NCBI GenBank assembly: GCA_963721805.1 | Contig: CAVRJY010000002.1 | Span: 512,001-576,000 of the forward strand | Direction: 5' to 3' | From: Nitrospirota bacterium | GTDB taxonomy: Bacteria; Nitrospirota; Thermodesulfovibrionia; Thermodesulfovibrionales; JdFR-86 | DNA: 64,000 nt | Part shown: piece by piece, positions 36,711 through 45,718 of the stretch | Position numbering within the stretch: the stretch's first letter is position 1 | Layout of the letters: each line of letters starts with the position of its first letter | Translations under genes and position numbers: made by a program | Notes under the pieces: model-generated | Told to the model about the DNA's origin: nothing | Database searches by the model: none | The model's input: the letters and a program-made list of their open reading frames with translations, nothing else

Positions 36711-37607
36711 ATGAAAGAAGAGGTCAAAGCGGGCATCACGATCATCGCGTCACTGGCCATCCTGACCGCTTTTGTCGTCCTTATAGGCGGCAGCAGGCTC
36801 CTTGAGAAGACCGACGTTTATTACGTCAGGCTGATGAACGCCGCCGGACTCGAGACGGGGTCTCTTGTAAAGCTCGGCGGGGTAAAAGTCGGCACCGTAG
36901 TGGACGTAAAGGAACCGGACGGGCCGGGCAAGCCCGTTACCATCGAGCTGGCCGTCAGGAAGGGCCTGCCTCTATATAAGGGGACGAAGGCGCTCGTATC
37001 CCAGACCGGCATGGTCGGCGATATCTTCCTTCTCCTCTCCGTAGAGAGCGCGACCAATGAAAGGCTGAAGCCCGGCGGCGATATCCCGTCACAGGAGTCT
37101 GTGGACCTCGCACATGTAATGGCCAGGATGGACGAGCTTCTGCAATCCGTAGATACCGTCGCGAAGAACGTCGACGCGCTCTTCAGCCCGAATAACGCCG
37201 ACAACGTACAAAAACTTGTGACCGACACGAACAAGGCGATAGTAACGGGGTCGGCCAGCGTCGAGAAGTCGGCGGCCGCGCTGAAGGGCACGGCTGAGAA
37301 ACTCAACATTGTCCTCGCAGAGCTGGATGGCCTTGTGAAAGACAACAGGGGCGAGGTCTCGCTGCTCATAAAGAAGGCCAAGGAGGACCTCGATAGGGCC
37401 GGTAAGATGATCGACGGGATAGAGACGACCGTAAAGACCGTGGACAATACGGCCGGTTCCGTGGACAGGGCCGTGCAGCTGCAGTCGCGCAACCTCGACG
37501 AACTCTTACACACGATGACGAGGACCACCGAGGAACTGCAGGACGCCCTCCAGGAGATCAAACGCAAGCCGTGGAGTTTTATCTATAAAGAAGGGCGCGG
37601 TGAGTGA
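36711..37607 (+). CDS. mlaD: MCE-domain protein with long helical C-terminus
   Basis: N-terminal TM, GL..GS.V..GGV.VG.V, G.VGD.F, helical tail ending P.SFI. Confidence 0.9.
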   Translation: MKEEVKAGITIIASLAILTAFVVLIGGSRLLEKTDVYYVRLMNAAGLETGSLVKLGGVKVGTVVDVKEPDGPGKPVTIELAVRKGLPLYKGTKALVSQTGMVGDIFLLLSVESATNERLKPGGDIPSQESVDLAHVMARMDELLQSVDTVAKNVDALFSPNNADNVQKLVTDTNKAIVTGSASVEKSAAALKGTAEKLNIVLAELDGLVKDNRGEVSLLIKKAKEDLDRAGKMIDGIETTVKTVDNTAGSVDRAVQLQSRNLDELLHTMTRTTEELQDALQEIKRKPWSFIYKEGRGE

Positions 37608-38190
37608 AATGCAAAAATATCTGATCGTATTCCTCATAGCTATTCTGGCCGCGTGCAGCATGCCCGAAACGAAGATGTACAGCATTTCCATGTCCGCGGC
37701 CGGGGAGAAGCGGGCCGTCAGGACGGCCGCCTCGTTAGGCATTATCGTGCATGCCTCGCGCTATCTGACACAGCCGTACATCGCGTCTCGCGTCTCGCCG
37801 TATCAGCTCGACATAGCGCGGTATTCGAGGTGGGAGTCCCCGCCAGATCAGATGGTCAAGGATACCCTCAGGGAATCTCTCTCGTCTTCGGGCATCTTCA
37901 GGGACGTAAGCACGTACGGCGCGGCAGCCCCGGGTGCATACGTGCTCGATGTGGAGCTCAGGAAATTCGAGCGGTCCGGCGACGGGCCCGGCTCCTCTGC
38001 CGAAATCGAGATGGATGCGACGCTTTCCTCTCCCGAGGGCGGGGAGATTTATCACGGCTCGATTGCGAAGAAGGCGACGCTCGCGGACAGTAGTTTTCTG
38101 GGACTGGCGAAGGCTCTAAGCACGATGCTGGCTGATGGCGAATCGGAGATTACCTCAGGGATATCCAGGGCGCTTCCTGCTGGCAAGTGA
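37600..38190 (+). CDS. PqiC-like ABC auxiliary lipoprotein
   Basis: Lipobox LAAC, YL....I, RW..PP..MV, L..FE. Confidence 0.85.
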   Translation: MSEMQKYLIVFLIAILAACSMPETKMYSISMSAAGEKRAVRTAASLGIIVHASRYLTQPYIASRVSPYQLDIARYSRWESPPDQMVKDTLRESLSSSGIFRDVSTYGAAAPGAYVLDVELRKFERSGDGPGSSAEIEMDATLSSPEGGEIYHGSIAKKATLADSSFLGLAKALSTMLADGESEITSGISRALPAGK

Positions 38191-38272
38191 GACGCCAAAT
38201 CGTACCTGAGCCGGTACAAGGGATTTAGCGCGTACCCCCCCTTGGAATGAGTACGTTGCCTGTGGTGCGATG

Positions 38273-39547
38273 CTACTTGCCTATGACGACGAGCCTTGAG
38301 GTCTCGGCCGCGTGATTATTCCAGATCTCGCTCAGAGGCCTGCCCAACTGGGCGCGGGCCTTGCCGTCATCAGGCGTAAGGAACCTGATGACGAGGAATC
38401 GGTCCTTATAGACTTTGTAGTCAGCCGGAAAGCAGCCAGAGAAGATGAGCTTGCCGGACTTGCCCAGTGGATAGTCCATGTTAGGCGCCACGCTGAACCT
38501 GGCCGAGGGAGTTTCGACCTCTACCGGGCCTATATTGTCGCTGCCTCTTATGAAGCCGTCGCCGCCCCTCATGCCCAGCGTTATCGGCGCGCGTGACAAG
38601 GCCTTGTTCGTCAGCGGGACGTCCGCGTTCTGAAGCCTGCCGAGGGTTATCGCGGCCTTGTAATGCCATATGGCGTCATGCCCGAAAAAACGGGTGTGCA
38701 GCGGCTCCATGCCCTGGAGCCGGTCCATGAGGCTGCGCACGACGGCTGCCAGATGAGGCGCTGAGGCGTTATCCTCGCAAAACAGATAGAGCTGCAGCAG
38801 ATCGTTGCTGTTTTGAAATGAGTTGGCCTGCTGCAGCCGCTGCGATTCCCCGGCCGGAAGCGCGGCCTGCGGGGCGGGCGGCGCAACCGGTGACGCCATG
38901 TGCGCGGCGGGGTTTGCATCGAACTCGGCCAGCTCGTCGGCCCGCCAGAAGACCTTGTATACTTTGGCTGGCTTGGACTTGCCTTTAAGCATGGTCTCTT
39001 TCAGAAACCGGCACGGGTGCTCTTCCTTGTCAGAGAGGGCCTGGTATGTTTCTTCCGATATGTGGATCTCACACGCCGAGGAGCCGGACTCGAAACGCGA
39101 CGCGGTATTGACGACATCGCCGAAGATGTCGTTTTTCTCCATGATGACGCTGCCCGTATGCATCCCGATGCGGATCAGTATGGGCGTGGCGTTGTTCCTG
39201 TCGGAGTTGTAGGCCCTGCACTTCGTCTGGATCCCGACTGCGGCCCGCACCGCGTCCTGCGTGCTGACGAAATAAGAGAGTGTCCCGTCGCCCATGGACT
39301 TGACGAGCACGCCCCCCTTGTCCTTTATCTCTGGAAAGACGATGTTGTTGTGGTCCCTTATGAGCATGCGCGTCGCCAGGTCGCCGCTCTCTTCGGCCAT
39401 CGAGGTCGAGCCCTTCAGGTCGGTGAACATGACCGTGACGTACTTGCTGAACTTTTGCTGGATGAGGCCTTCCAGGCGGGCCTTCTGCTCGAGGAGCTTC
39501 TCGAGGTTGACGCTTGCGCCGTTGTCCAGATCTTCAGGTTCGCTCAT
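38273..39547 (-). CDS. Class III adenylate cyclase with C-terminal FHA-like domain
   Basis: VMFTDLKGST, VKSMGDG, RIGMHTG, DIFGDVVNTASR (K/D adenine-specifying residues); ITLGR...DV.L....LSR FHA-type motif. Confidence 0.85.
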   Translation of the reverse strand: MSEPEDLDNGASVNLEKLLEQKARLEGLIQQKFSKYVTVMFTDLKGSTSMAEESGDLATRMLIRDHNNIVFPEIKDKGGVLVKSMGDGTLSYFVSTQDAVRAAVGIQTKCRAYNSDRNNATPILIRIGMHTGSVIMEKNDIFGDVVNTASRFESGSSACEIHISEETYQALSDKEEHPCRFLKETMLKGKSKPAKVYKVFWRADELAEFDANPAAHMASPVAPPAPQAALPAGESQRLQQANSFQNSNDLLQLYLFCEDNASAPHLAAVVRSLMDRLQGMEPLHTRFFGHDAIWHYKAAITLGRLQNADVPLTNKALSRAPITLGMRGGDGFIRGSDNIGPVEVETPSARFSVAPNMDYPLGKSGKLIFSGCFPADYKVYKDRFLVIRFLTPDDGKARAQLGRPLSEIWNNHAAETSRLVVIGK

Positions 39548-39562
39548 TTCCGCTCCCAGGCC

Positions 39563-41530
39563 CTATATCTTGAAGTTCGCGTCGTCGGGTTTGCATTTAG
39601 AGAAGCTGAGGAAGGTCGCGCCAGGCCTGCTGGCGTTGTCGGCAAATATGGCGCCCCCGGCCTTGGAGGCGCTGCAGAGTTCGAAATGACACTTCTTGAT
39701 CAGCAACTTTGACGAGGCGCAGTTGACGCCGCCGCCATGGTACTTGCCGAAGCAGCTCATGAACCGGGAATCCTCAAGCAGGCCGGCCGCGGCGGAGTAG
39801 CTGATGCCTCCTCCGTCCCTGCCTGCCAGGCACTTGTTGAACGTGCATTTTCTGATGGCCTGCTCAGAGGCAATGACCGCGACACCCCCGCCGGACTGCG
39901 TTGCGGTGCAGCCGTCAAAGAGGGATTCGTCCAGCGAGGCGTTGGACCTGAGGATGTGGGCTCCCCCTCCGTCATGTGCCGAGCACTTGTTGAAAGTCAG
40001 CCGCCTGAAGGTGAGGGCCTTGGCCGTGCCGGCCACGAACAGGCCGCCGCCGTATACGGCGTTCTCCAGGACTTGGGCCGAGCCCTCGGGCATGCGCTCC
40101 TTGATTACAGCCCCCTTTATGCCCTTGCCGAAATTGAAGACGCAGTCCTCGAAGCTGACGGCCGATTCCGGCGAGGCGAAGACCGCGATGTTGTTCCACT
40201 TCTGGGCGGGGTCGGACGCCGTGAAATGCGCATGGCTCGCCTTGATGCTGCCGAGCACGATTATGCCGGTGTTGGGTGCGAAAAAAAGCTTCGCCCTTTC
40301 TAAAACCAGCGTAGCGCCCCGTTCGATGACCAAGCTGCCGGTTATGCGCACATCCTCCCTGAGGATCTTCAAGACCTCCCCGCGCCTGACGACGCGCCCC
40401 TCGATCTCCCTCTCGGCCTTTCCGAGTGCCTGCTTTTCGTCCTTGAGCTTGATGCTCCCGAACTGTACGGAGGGGGATTGAAGCCTGATGGACGCCTGTG
40501 GCGCGGACCACATCTCGGAGTAATCGTCCTGAGGGGCCGCGACAGCGGCGGGTTGAGGTTTGGGCTGCAGCTTGATCGTCGCCGCATCGAAATCCGAGGC
40601 CTGCGGCCCATCGGAGCGGTCGAAAAAACCTCCCCTTTCGGGCTCGCTGCCCTTGAGCGCCCTAAGCGCCTCGTCGAAGCTCGTAAACCTCTGCTCCGGC
40701 TCAAACGCGAGGCACCTCGAGATGACGCTGCGTATGTTGTCCGGGATATCGGCCCTGGAGTATGCGGCCCCCTGGCTGCGCACAAGGTCGAAGCGGGCGT
40801 TCAGGGCCTTCCCCTCGTAGGGGAGGTGCCCCTCGAGGACGAAAAAGCTGAGCAGCCCATAGGAATAGATGACAGAGCGCATGTCCGGGGTCTGCGCCTT
40901 CTTGATGACCTCAGGGGCGCAGTAATTCGGAGTGACCTGGCTTATGCTCTGGGTGATGCTCACGACATTTTTAAGCCCCCCGATGTCGCCGACGACCAGT
41001 TTCAGGTCCCCTGCCGTCCCCCTGACCAGTATGTTTTCGGGCTTGAAGTCCTCGAAGAGAAACCCATGCTTGGTGTAGAGGTTGCCGAGCATAAGGGCGA
41101 TCTTCTCCATTATGTCTCGGGCGGCCGCGATGTCCAGCGGCCCGCTGGTCCTCCTGTAATGGTCGATGACGAACCCGCCCAGGTTGGTCGGGTAAAGCTC
41201 CATGATGACGAGGGCATATGCGTTTGTGCCGCCTTCGTCCTGGTCGCGGACCATGTAGAAATCGTAAACTGTTGCGATCTCCTCGCAGGCGATGCGCTCG
41301 TAGCTCTCGACGATGTGGCGGAAGTCACGTTCGGTCTTGGCCTCGGCGGATACGAGCACGCCGTTTTCGATGCCCGTGGATGAATGCAGGGGGACGATCT
41401 TGGCCACGCGTTCCTTGAGGTCGTCCTTGATCTTGAACACCGCGCCAAAAGAGCCCTGTCCCACTATCCCGGATATATGGAATGTGGGGAGGACCTTCTT
41501 AACCAGTTTTTCGGCCAGTTCTTTATTCAT
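39563..41530 (-). CDS. Atypical Hanks-type Ser/Thr kinase fused to a right-handed beta-helix
   Basis: GQGSFG, VAK, FEDFKPEN, DIG, YCAPE; C-terminal F..C.A..GG(G/A)(I/V/A) repeats; no TM segment seen. Confidence 0.85.
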   Translation of the reverse strand: MNKELAEKLVKKVLPTFHISGIVGQGSFGAVFKIKDDLKERVAKIVPLHSSTGIENGVLVSAEAKTERDFRHIVESYERIACEEIATVYDFYMVRDQDEGGTNAYALVIMELYPTNLGGFVIDHYRRTSGPLDIAAARDIMEKIALMLGNLYTKHGFLFEDFKPENILVRGTAGDLKLVVGDIGGLKNVVSITQSISQVTPNYCAPEVIKKAQTPDMRSVIYSYGLLSFFVLEGHLPYEGKALNARFDLVRSQGAAYSRADIPDNIRSVISRCLAFEPEQRFTSFDEALRALKGSEPERGGFFDRSDGPQASDFDAATIKLQPKPQPAAVAAPQDDYSEMWSAPQASIRLQSPSVQFGSIKLKDEKQALGKAEREIEGRVVRRGEVLKILREDVRITGSLVIERGATLVLERAKLFFAPNTGIIVLGSIKASHAHFTASDPAQKWNNIAVFASPESAVSFEDCVFNFGKGIKGAVIKERMPEGSAQVLENAVYGGGLFVAGTAKALTFRRLTFNKCSAHDGGGAHILRSNASLDESLFDGCTATQSGGGVAVIASEQAIRKCTFNKCLAGRDGGGISYSAAAGLLEDSRFMSCFGKYHGGGVNCASSKLLIKKCHFELCSASKAGGAIFADNASRPGATFLSFSKCKPDDANFKI

Positions 41531-41639
41531 GTTAGTATACGCAAGTCGGTCAATTGATAATGCGGATTCCCCTAACTTTTATAACACTTGATGGCCGGAC
41601 AATACAAGTTGGGAACCGGTGGTATCAGGAGCTATAAAA

Positions 41640-41659
41640 TTGTAAATACAGGTTTACAA
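41640..41659. promoter_or_regulatory. Palindromic operator in the divergent promoter
   Basis: TTGTAAA-N6-TTTACAA perfect inverted repeat; right arm overlaps a candidate -35 (TTTACA-18-CATAAT). Confidence 0.55.
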
Positions 41660-41754
41660 AGCCTTTTTTGTTTAGCCATAATATATGGGGATAGGGGTTC
41701 TGTGCGTCCATACGTAAAACGAACATGGTTTCAGCGCATCCAGGGGAGGGCTTT

Positions 41755-43731
41755 ATGATTGACGACGACAAGAGGTTGAGGATCGGGGATATCCTGCTTC
41801 AGGAGGGTATCGTAACCCCCGCACAGCTGCAGGACGCCCTCATGGCACAGAGGGTCGATGACCCGCCGCTGCCGCTCGGAGAGGTCTGCATCATGATGAA
41901 GCTCATCTCGCGCCAGGACCTCCGCCACCTGCTGAGGAAATACAAAACCAACATCCAGCTCGGAGAACTCCTGATCAATATGGGCCTCATAAACGAGGAA
42001 CAGCTCGATGAGGCCCTCCAGCATAAGGAGATAAGCGGCTCGAAGCTCGGCGAGATACTGATGGAGCTGAACTATCTCACCGAGGGCGCGCTCATCGACG
42101 CCGTCAGCATCCAGCTCGGGTACCCCAAGATACTGCCCTCGATGTCCCTGATAGACCGCGGTCTGATGAAAGGGTTGAACTCATCGTTCCTGAAAAGGAA
42201 CAGGGCGCTGCCTGCATTCAAGGAAAATGACGTCATCACCGTAATAATGGCCGACCCGCTGAACCTCGAGATCATAGAAATTCTGAGGATGCACTTCCGC
42301 GCGGAGATCGAGGTCGCTGTCGCCACTACCGAGGAGATAACCACCTGCATCGACCTGTACTTCAAAGAGTCTGATGCAGGCTCGGGCTACAAAAACGACA
42401 AGGACCTGATCATCGGCGACACGAGGCTCTCGGATGAGGGCGACGACAACATTGTCGAAGTGCTGAACTTCATCATCACCAACGCCATACATGACCGCGC
42501 CAGCGACATCCACATCGAGCCCTCCGAGTCGAAGCTCAGGGTGCGTTTCCGCATCGACGGCATACTGTTTCATAAGACCGACCTGCCCCTTTCGATTAAC
42601 CGCCCCCTGGTGTCGCGGATGAAGGTCCTGTGCAAGATGGACATCGCCGAGAAGCGCCGCAACCAGGACGGCTTTGTCCAGGCGCGCGTGCAAAACAAGG
42701 AGGTCGACCTCAGGATTTCTACCTACCCGTCGCTGTGGGGCGAGAGCGTGGTCGTCAGGATACAGTCGAAGACCAGCGGCCTGACGGACCTCTCGGTGCT
42801 CGGCTTCACGCCTTACAACCTCGCCGTCTACCAGTCTCTCCTCGATTTGCCGGCCGGGATAATCATGGTCACCGGCCCCGCCGGGTCGGGGAAGACGACG
42901 ACGCTCTATGCCTCGGTCTATTACCTGCAGGCGCAGAACAAGAAGATCATAACGGCCGAGGACCCGATAGAGTCCAACATCGACGGCGTCACGCAGGGGC
43001 AGGTCGACAGGCATCAGGTCCAGACGTATAGCGATTTCCTGAAGGCCATGCTCCGGCAGGACCCCGACGTCATCATGATCGGCGAGGTGCGTGACAAGAT
43101 CGCGGCCGCGACCGTCGTCGACGGGGCACTGAGCGGACACAAGGTGCTAACCACTTTTCACACCGAAGACACCACGGGGGCCCTGCTGCGGCTCCTCGAT
43201 ACCGGCGTGGAAGCCTTCCTCCTGTCCTCGACCACCATCTCCGTCGTCTCGCAGAGGCTCGTCCGCACGCTCTGCCAGAAGTGCAGGAAGGAGTACGAGC
43301 CAGAGGAAGCCCTCCTGAGGCAGTTCAGCTCCTTCACCCTGGAGAGCCTCACCAGCCAGCAGTTTTTTACCCCCAGGGGATGCCACGAGTGCAATTACAC
43401 CGGATACATGGGGCGTACGTCCCTGCACGAAATACTGACCGTCAACGATGCCACCCGCGGCTCCCTGCTGCAGCGCCAGGCATCGGACCAGTTGCGGAAG
43501 ATCGCCCGGACGAAGGGCGGCCTGATATCCATGCGCGAAGACGGCGTGTTTAAGGCATCCAGGGGGATTACCTCCCTGGAGGAGGTCCTGCGCCTCACGC
43601 CCCGAAACAAGGTGGACGAGTCGCTGCCGAGGGACTTCTCTGAACTCTCCAGGCTGAGCGAGAGGGTGCACATCGGCCCGTCCGGGACCGTGAGGATATC
43701 GTCGCGCATGACCACGAGAGAGACTATCTAA
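41755..43731 (+). CDS. GspE/PilB/MshE-family ATPase with duplicated MshEN motifs
   Basis: RIGDILLQEGIV...L..AL..Q and QLGELL..MGLI; ASDIHIEP, GPAGSGKTTT, EDPIE, LRQDPDVIMIGE.RD, CQKC..CHEC; SD GGAGG. Confidence 0.92.
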   Translation: MIDDDKRLRIGDILLQEGIVTPAQLQDALMAQRVDDPPLPLGEVCIMMKLISRQDLRHLLRKYKTNIQLGELLINMGLINEEQLDEALQHKEISGSKLGEILMELNYLTEGALIDAVSIQLGYPKILPSMSLIDRGLMKGLNSSFLKRNRALPAFKENDVITVIMADPLNLEIIEILRMHFRAEIEVAVATTEEITTCIDLYFKESDAGSGYKNDKDLIIGDTRLSDEGDDNIVEVLNFIITNAIHDRASDIHIEPSESKLRVRFRIDGILFHKTDLPLSINRPLVSRMKVLCKMDIAEKRRNQDGFVQARVQNKEVDLRISTYPSLWGESVVVRIQSKTSGLTDLSVLGFTPYNLAVYQSLLDLPAGIIMVTGPAGSGKTTTLYASVYYLQAQNKKIITAEDPIESNIDGVTQGQVDRHQVQTYSDFLKAMLRQDPDVIMIGEVRDKIAAATVVDGALSGHKVLTTFHTEDTTGALLRLLDTGVEAFLLSSTTISVVSQRLVRTLCQKCRKEYEPEEALLRQFSSFTLESLTSQQFFTPRGCHECNYTGYMGRTSLHEILTVNDATRGSLLQRQASDQLRKIARTKGGLISMREDGVFKASRGITSLEEVLRLTPRNKVDESLPRDFSELSRLSERVHIGPSGTVRISSRMTTRETI

Positions 43732-43751
43732 ATCAAAAGGAGAACAAGATA

Positions 43752-44831
43752 ATGGCACTACATCCAGACGAACTGCGGCGGTATGCCTATTTCTCGTCTC
43801 TATCGGACGGAGCGCTGCAGTACCTTTCGGACAGGATTGAGATCATAACCGTCCCGGCCGGAGAGGTGATCATAAAGGAAGGCACCGTCGGGGGCTCGTT
43901 CTACTTCATCAAAGAGGGCAAGGTCGAGGTCACGAAGCGGGGAAGCGACGGGCAGGAGGCGGTCATCTCGGTCGTGGAAGGCGGACAGGGCATCGGCGAG
44001 ATGGCGCTTCTTACCGGCTCGGTGCGCTCGTGCTCGGTACGCGCTCTCACCCCGCTGGAACTCTACGAACTGCACAAGGACGATTTCGAGAGCGTCGTGA
44101 TGTGCGCTACGGAATTCAGGGAGCAGCTTTCCAAAAAGACCGTCGGCTACACCCAGTTCAACAAGCTAAAGACGCTCCAGCCCTTCCAGCTCCTGCCTCC
44201 CGAGAAGGTCTACGCCGTGATGGAGAAAATGGCCGAACGCACGTACCCGGCCGGCTCCGACATCATCGTGCAGGGCGAAAAAGGCGACGTCTACTACATC
44301 ATCAAGTCCGGCCGCGTCGATGTGCTCAAGAAGAAAAAAGGCTTGGACGAAGCCGCGAAGGTCGCTGAACTTGCCGACGGTGACGCGTTCGGCGAGGAGG
44401 CGCTGATCCGCGAAGACCCCCGGAACGCCACATGCCGGGCCGCAGTCGAGACGACCGTGCTCGTGCTTGAAAAGAAGGACTTCAACAATATAGTCAAGGC
44501 CGCGTTCCTCGAAAACATCTTCCCCGAGGAGATCGAGCTTGAAAGCTACATGCAGGACTACGTGATCCTGGACGTGCGCATCCCGCCCGAGTATGCCGAG
44601 GAACATATCAAGGGCTCGCGGAACATACCCATAGAGATCCTGCGCGAAGAGTGCAAGGCGTTCGATCCCGGCAAGAAGTACGTAACATACTGCCTGAACG
44701 ACTCGCGCGGCATGGTCGGCGCGTTCCTGCTCCGCAACCGCGGGTTCGATGCCAAGTGCCTCAGAGGCGGCGTGAGCGGCTGGCTCGGCGATGTCGTCAC
44801 CGGTTCGGACGGCATCCAGATGCCTAATTGA
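43752..44831 (+). CDS. Tandem cNMP-binding domains + rhodanese domain
   Basis: Two phosphate-binding cassettes GEMALL....RSC and GEEALI....RNAT; LDVR.P.EY...HI.G, YCLNDSR, L.GG..GW. Confidence 0.9.
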   Translation: MALHPDELRRYAYFSSLSDGALQYLSDRIEIITVPAGEVIIKEGTVGGSFYFIKEGKVEVTKRGSDGQEAVISVVEGGQGIGEMALLTGSVRSCSVRALTPLELYELHKDDFESVVMCATEFREQLSKKTVGYTQFNKLKTLQPFQLLPPEKVYAVMEKMAERTYPAGSDIIVQGEKGDVYYIIKSGRVDVLKKKKGLDEAAKVAELADGDAFGEEALIREDPRNATCRAAVETTVLVLEKKDFNNIVKAAFLENIFPEEIELESYMQDYVILDVRIPPEYAEEHIKGSRNIPIEILREECKAFDPGKKYVTYCLNDSRGMVGAFLLRNRGFDAKCLRGGVSGWLGDVVTGSDGIQMPN

Positions 44832-44907
44832 AAGATCCGGTTAGCCGGGCAAAGACGGAAGCGGCAGTCTGCAATTCCAATAGTCATAGAGGGAGAGAAA
44901 TGCGTCA

Positions 44908-45576
44908 GTGAGAAAATCCAAGAAGCGCCTGGGCGAAATGTTGCTCGACGAGGGCCTCATCAACGACTTCCAGCTCGCTATCGCGTTGGGTGAGCAAAGA
45001 CAGTACGGCGGGAAGGTCGGCACCGCCCTGGTCAAGAAGGGCTTTCTAAAGGAGGCCGACTTAGCATACACGCTTGAAGGCCAGCTTGGCGTTAAATGGA
45101 TATCCCTCAAGGGCCACGAGGCCTCGCCCGAGGCCATGGGCGTCCTGCAGGCCGACGTAGCCAAGAAATATAATGTCTTCCCCGTGGCGCTCGACGGCAA
45201 CACGCTGACGGTGGCCATCAGCGATCCTACGGACATCGCGGTAATCGATACGCTGAGGTTCATGACAGGGAAAAACGTGCGCGTGGTCCTGGCCCTCAAC
45301 AGCGAGATACTGCTGTCGATCGCGCGCCACTATGAAAATGACTATGTCGCGGATAAGGCCTTCACAGAGGCGGCCGAGACGAGCAAGGTGGTCCCTCCGA
45401 ATGCCGGGGCAGTACATCCCCACCATGCGGGCCATTCCAGAAGCGGCAGCGAGGAGCTGCGCCATCTGGTCCACTCGCTGATCCACCTGCTGCAGGAAAA
45501 AGACGTTATCTCGCGCAAGGAGCTGCTGGCCGTCCTGAGGCGCGAAAACGGGCCGCTGCACGAGGAGGGTTCGTAG
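44908..45576 (+). CDS. Stand-alone MshEN/T2SSE-N domain protein (putative c-di-GMP receptor)
   Basis: RLGEMLLDEGLI...QL..AL..Q.....KVG..LV..GFL; AKKY.VFP, LTVAISDP; no ATPase domain. Confidence 0.85.
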   Translation: MRKSKKRLGEMLLDEGLINDFQLAIALGEQRQYGGKVGTALVKKGFLKEADLAYTLEGQLGVKWISLKGHEASPEAMGVLQADVAKKYNVFPVALDGNTLTVAISDPTDIAVIDTLRFMTGKNVRVVLALNSEILLSIARHYENDYVADKAFTEAAETSKVVPPNAGAVHPHHAGHSRSGSEELRHLVHSLIHLLQEKDVISRKELLAVLRRENGPLHEEGS

Positions 45577-45680
45577 TCTCTGACTCAGACCGGCCTCTTG
45601 ACGCTGCCAGTTCAGTGCCGGCAAACCTTCCCCCTAGTGCTCCATGGGCAGGATATCCGCTTCCGTTGCATTCAGGCATG

Positions 45681-45710
45681 AAAAAGGGGCGGCGCTGAGC
45701 GCAACCCCTT
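45681..45710 (-). terminator. Terminator of the tRNA operon
   Basis: AAGGGG..GCGC-loop-GCGC..CCCCTT followed by T residues. Confidence 0.7.
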
Positions 45711-45718
45711 GATTTCAT

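Noticed and set aside
44832..44907. c-di-GMP-I riboswitch before the MshEN gene
   Set aside because: Only GGCAAA is present; the GNRA stem, ACGCAAAG segment and second stem are missing.
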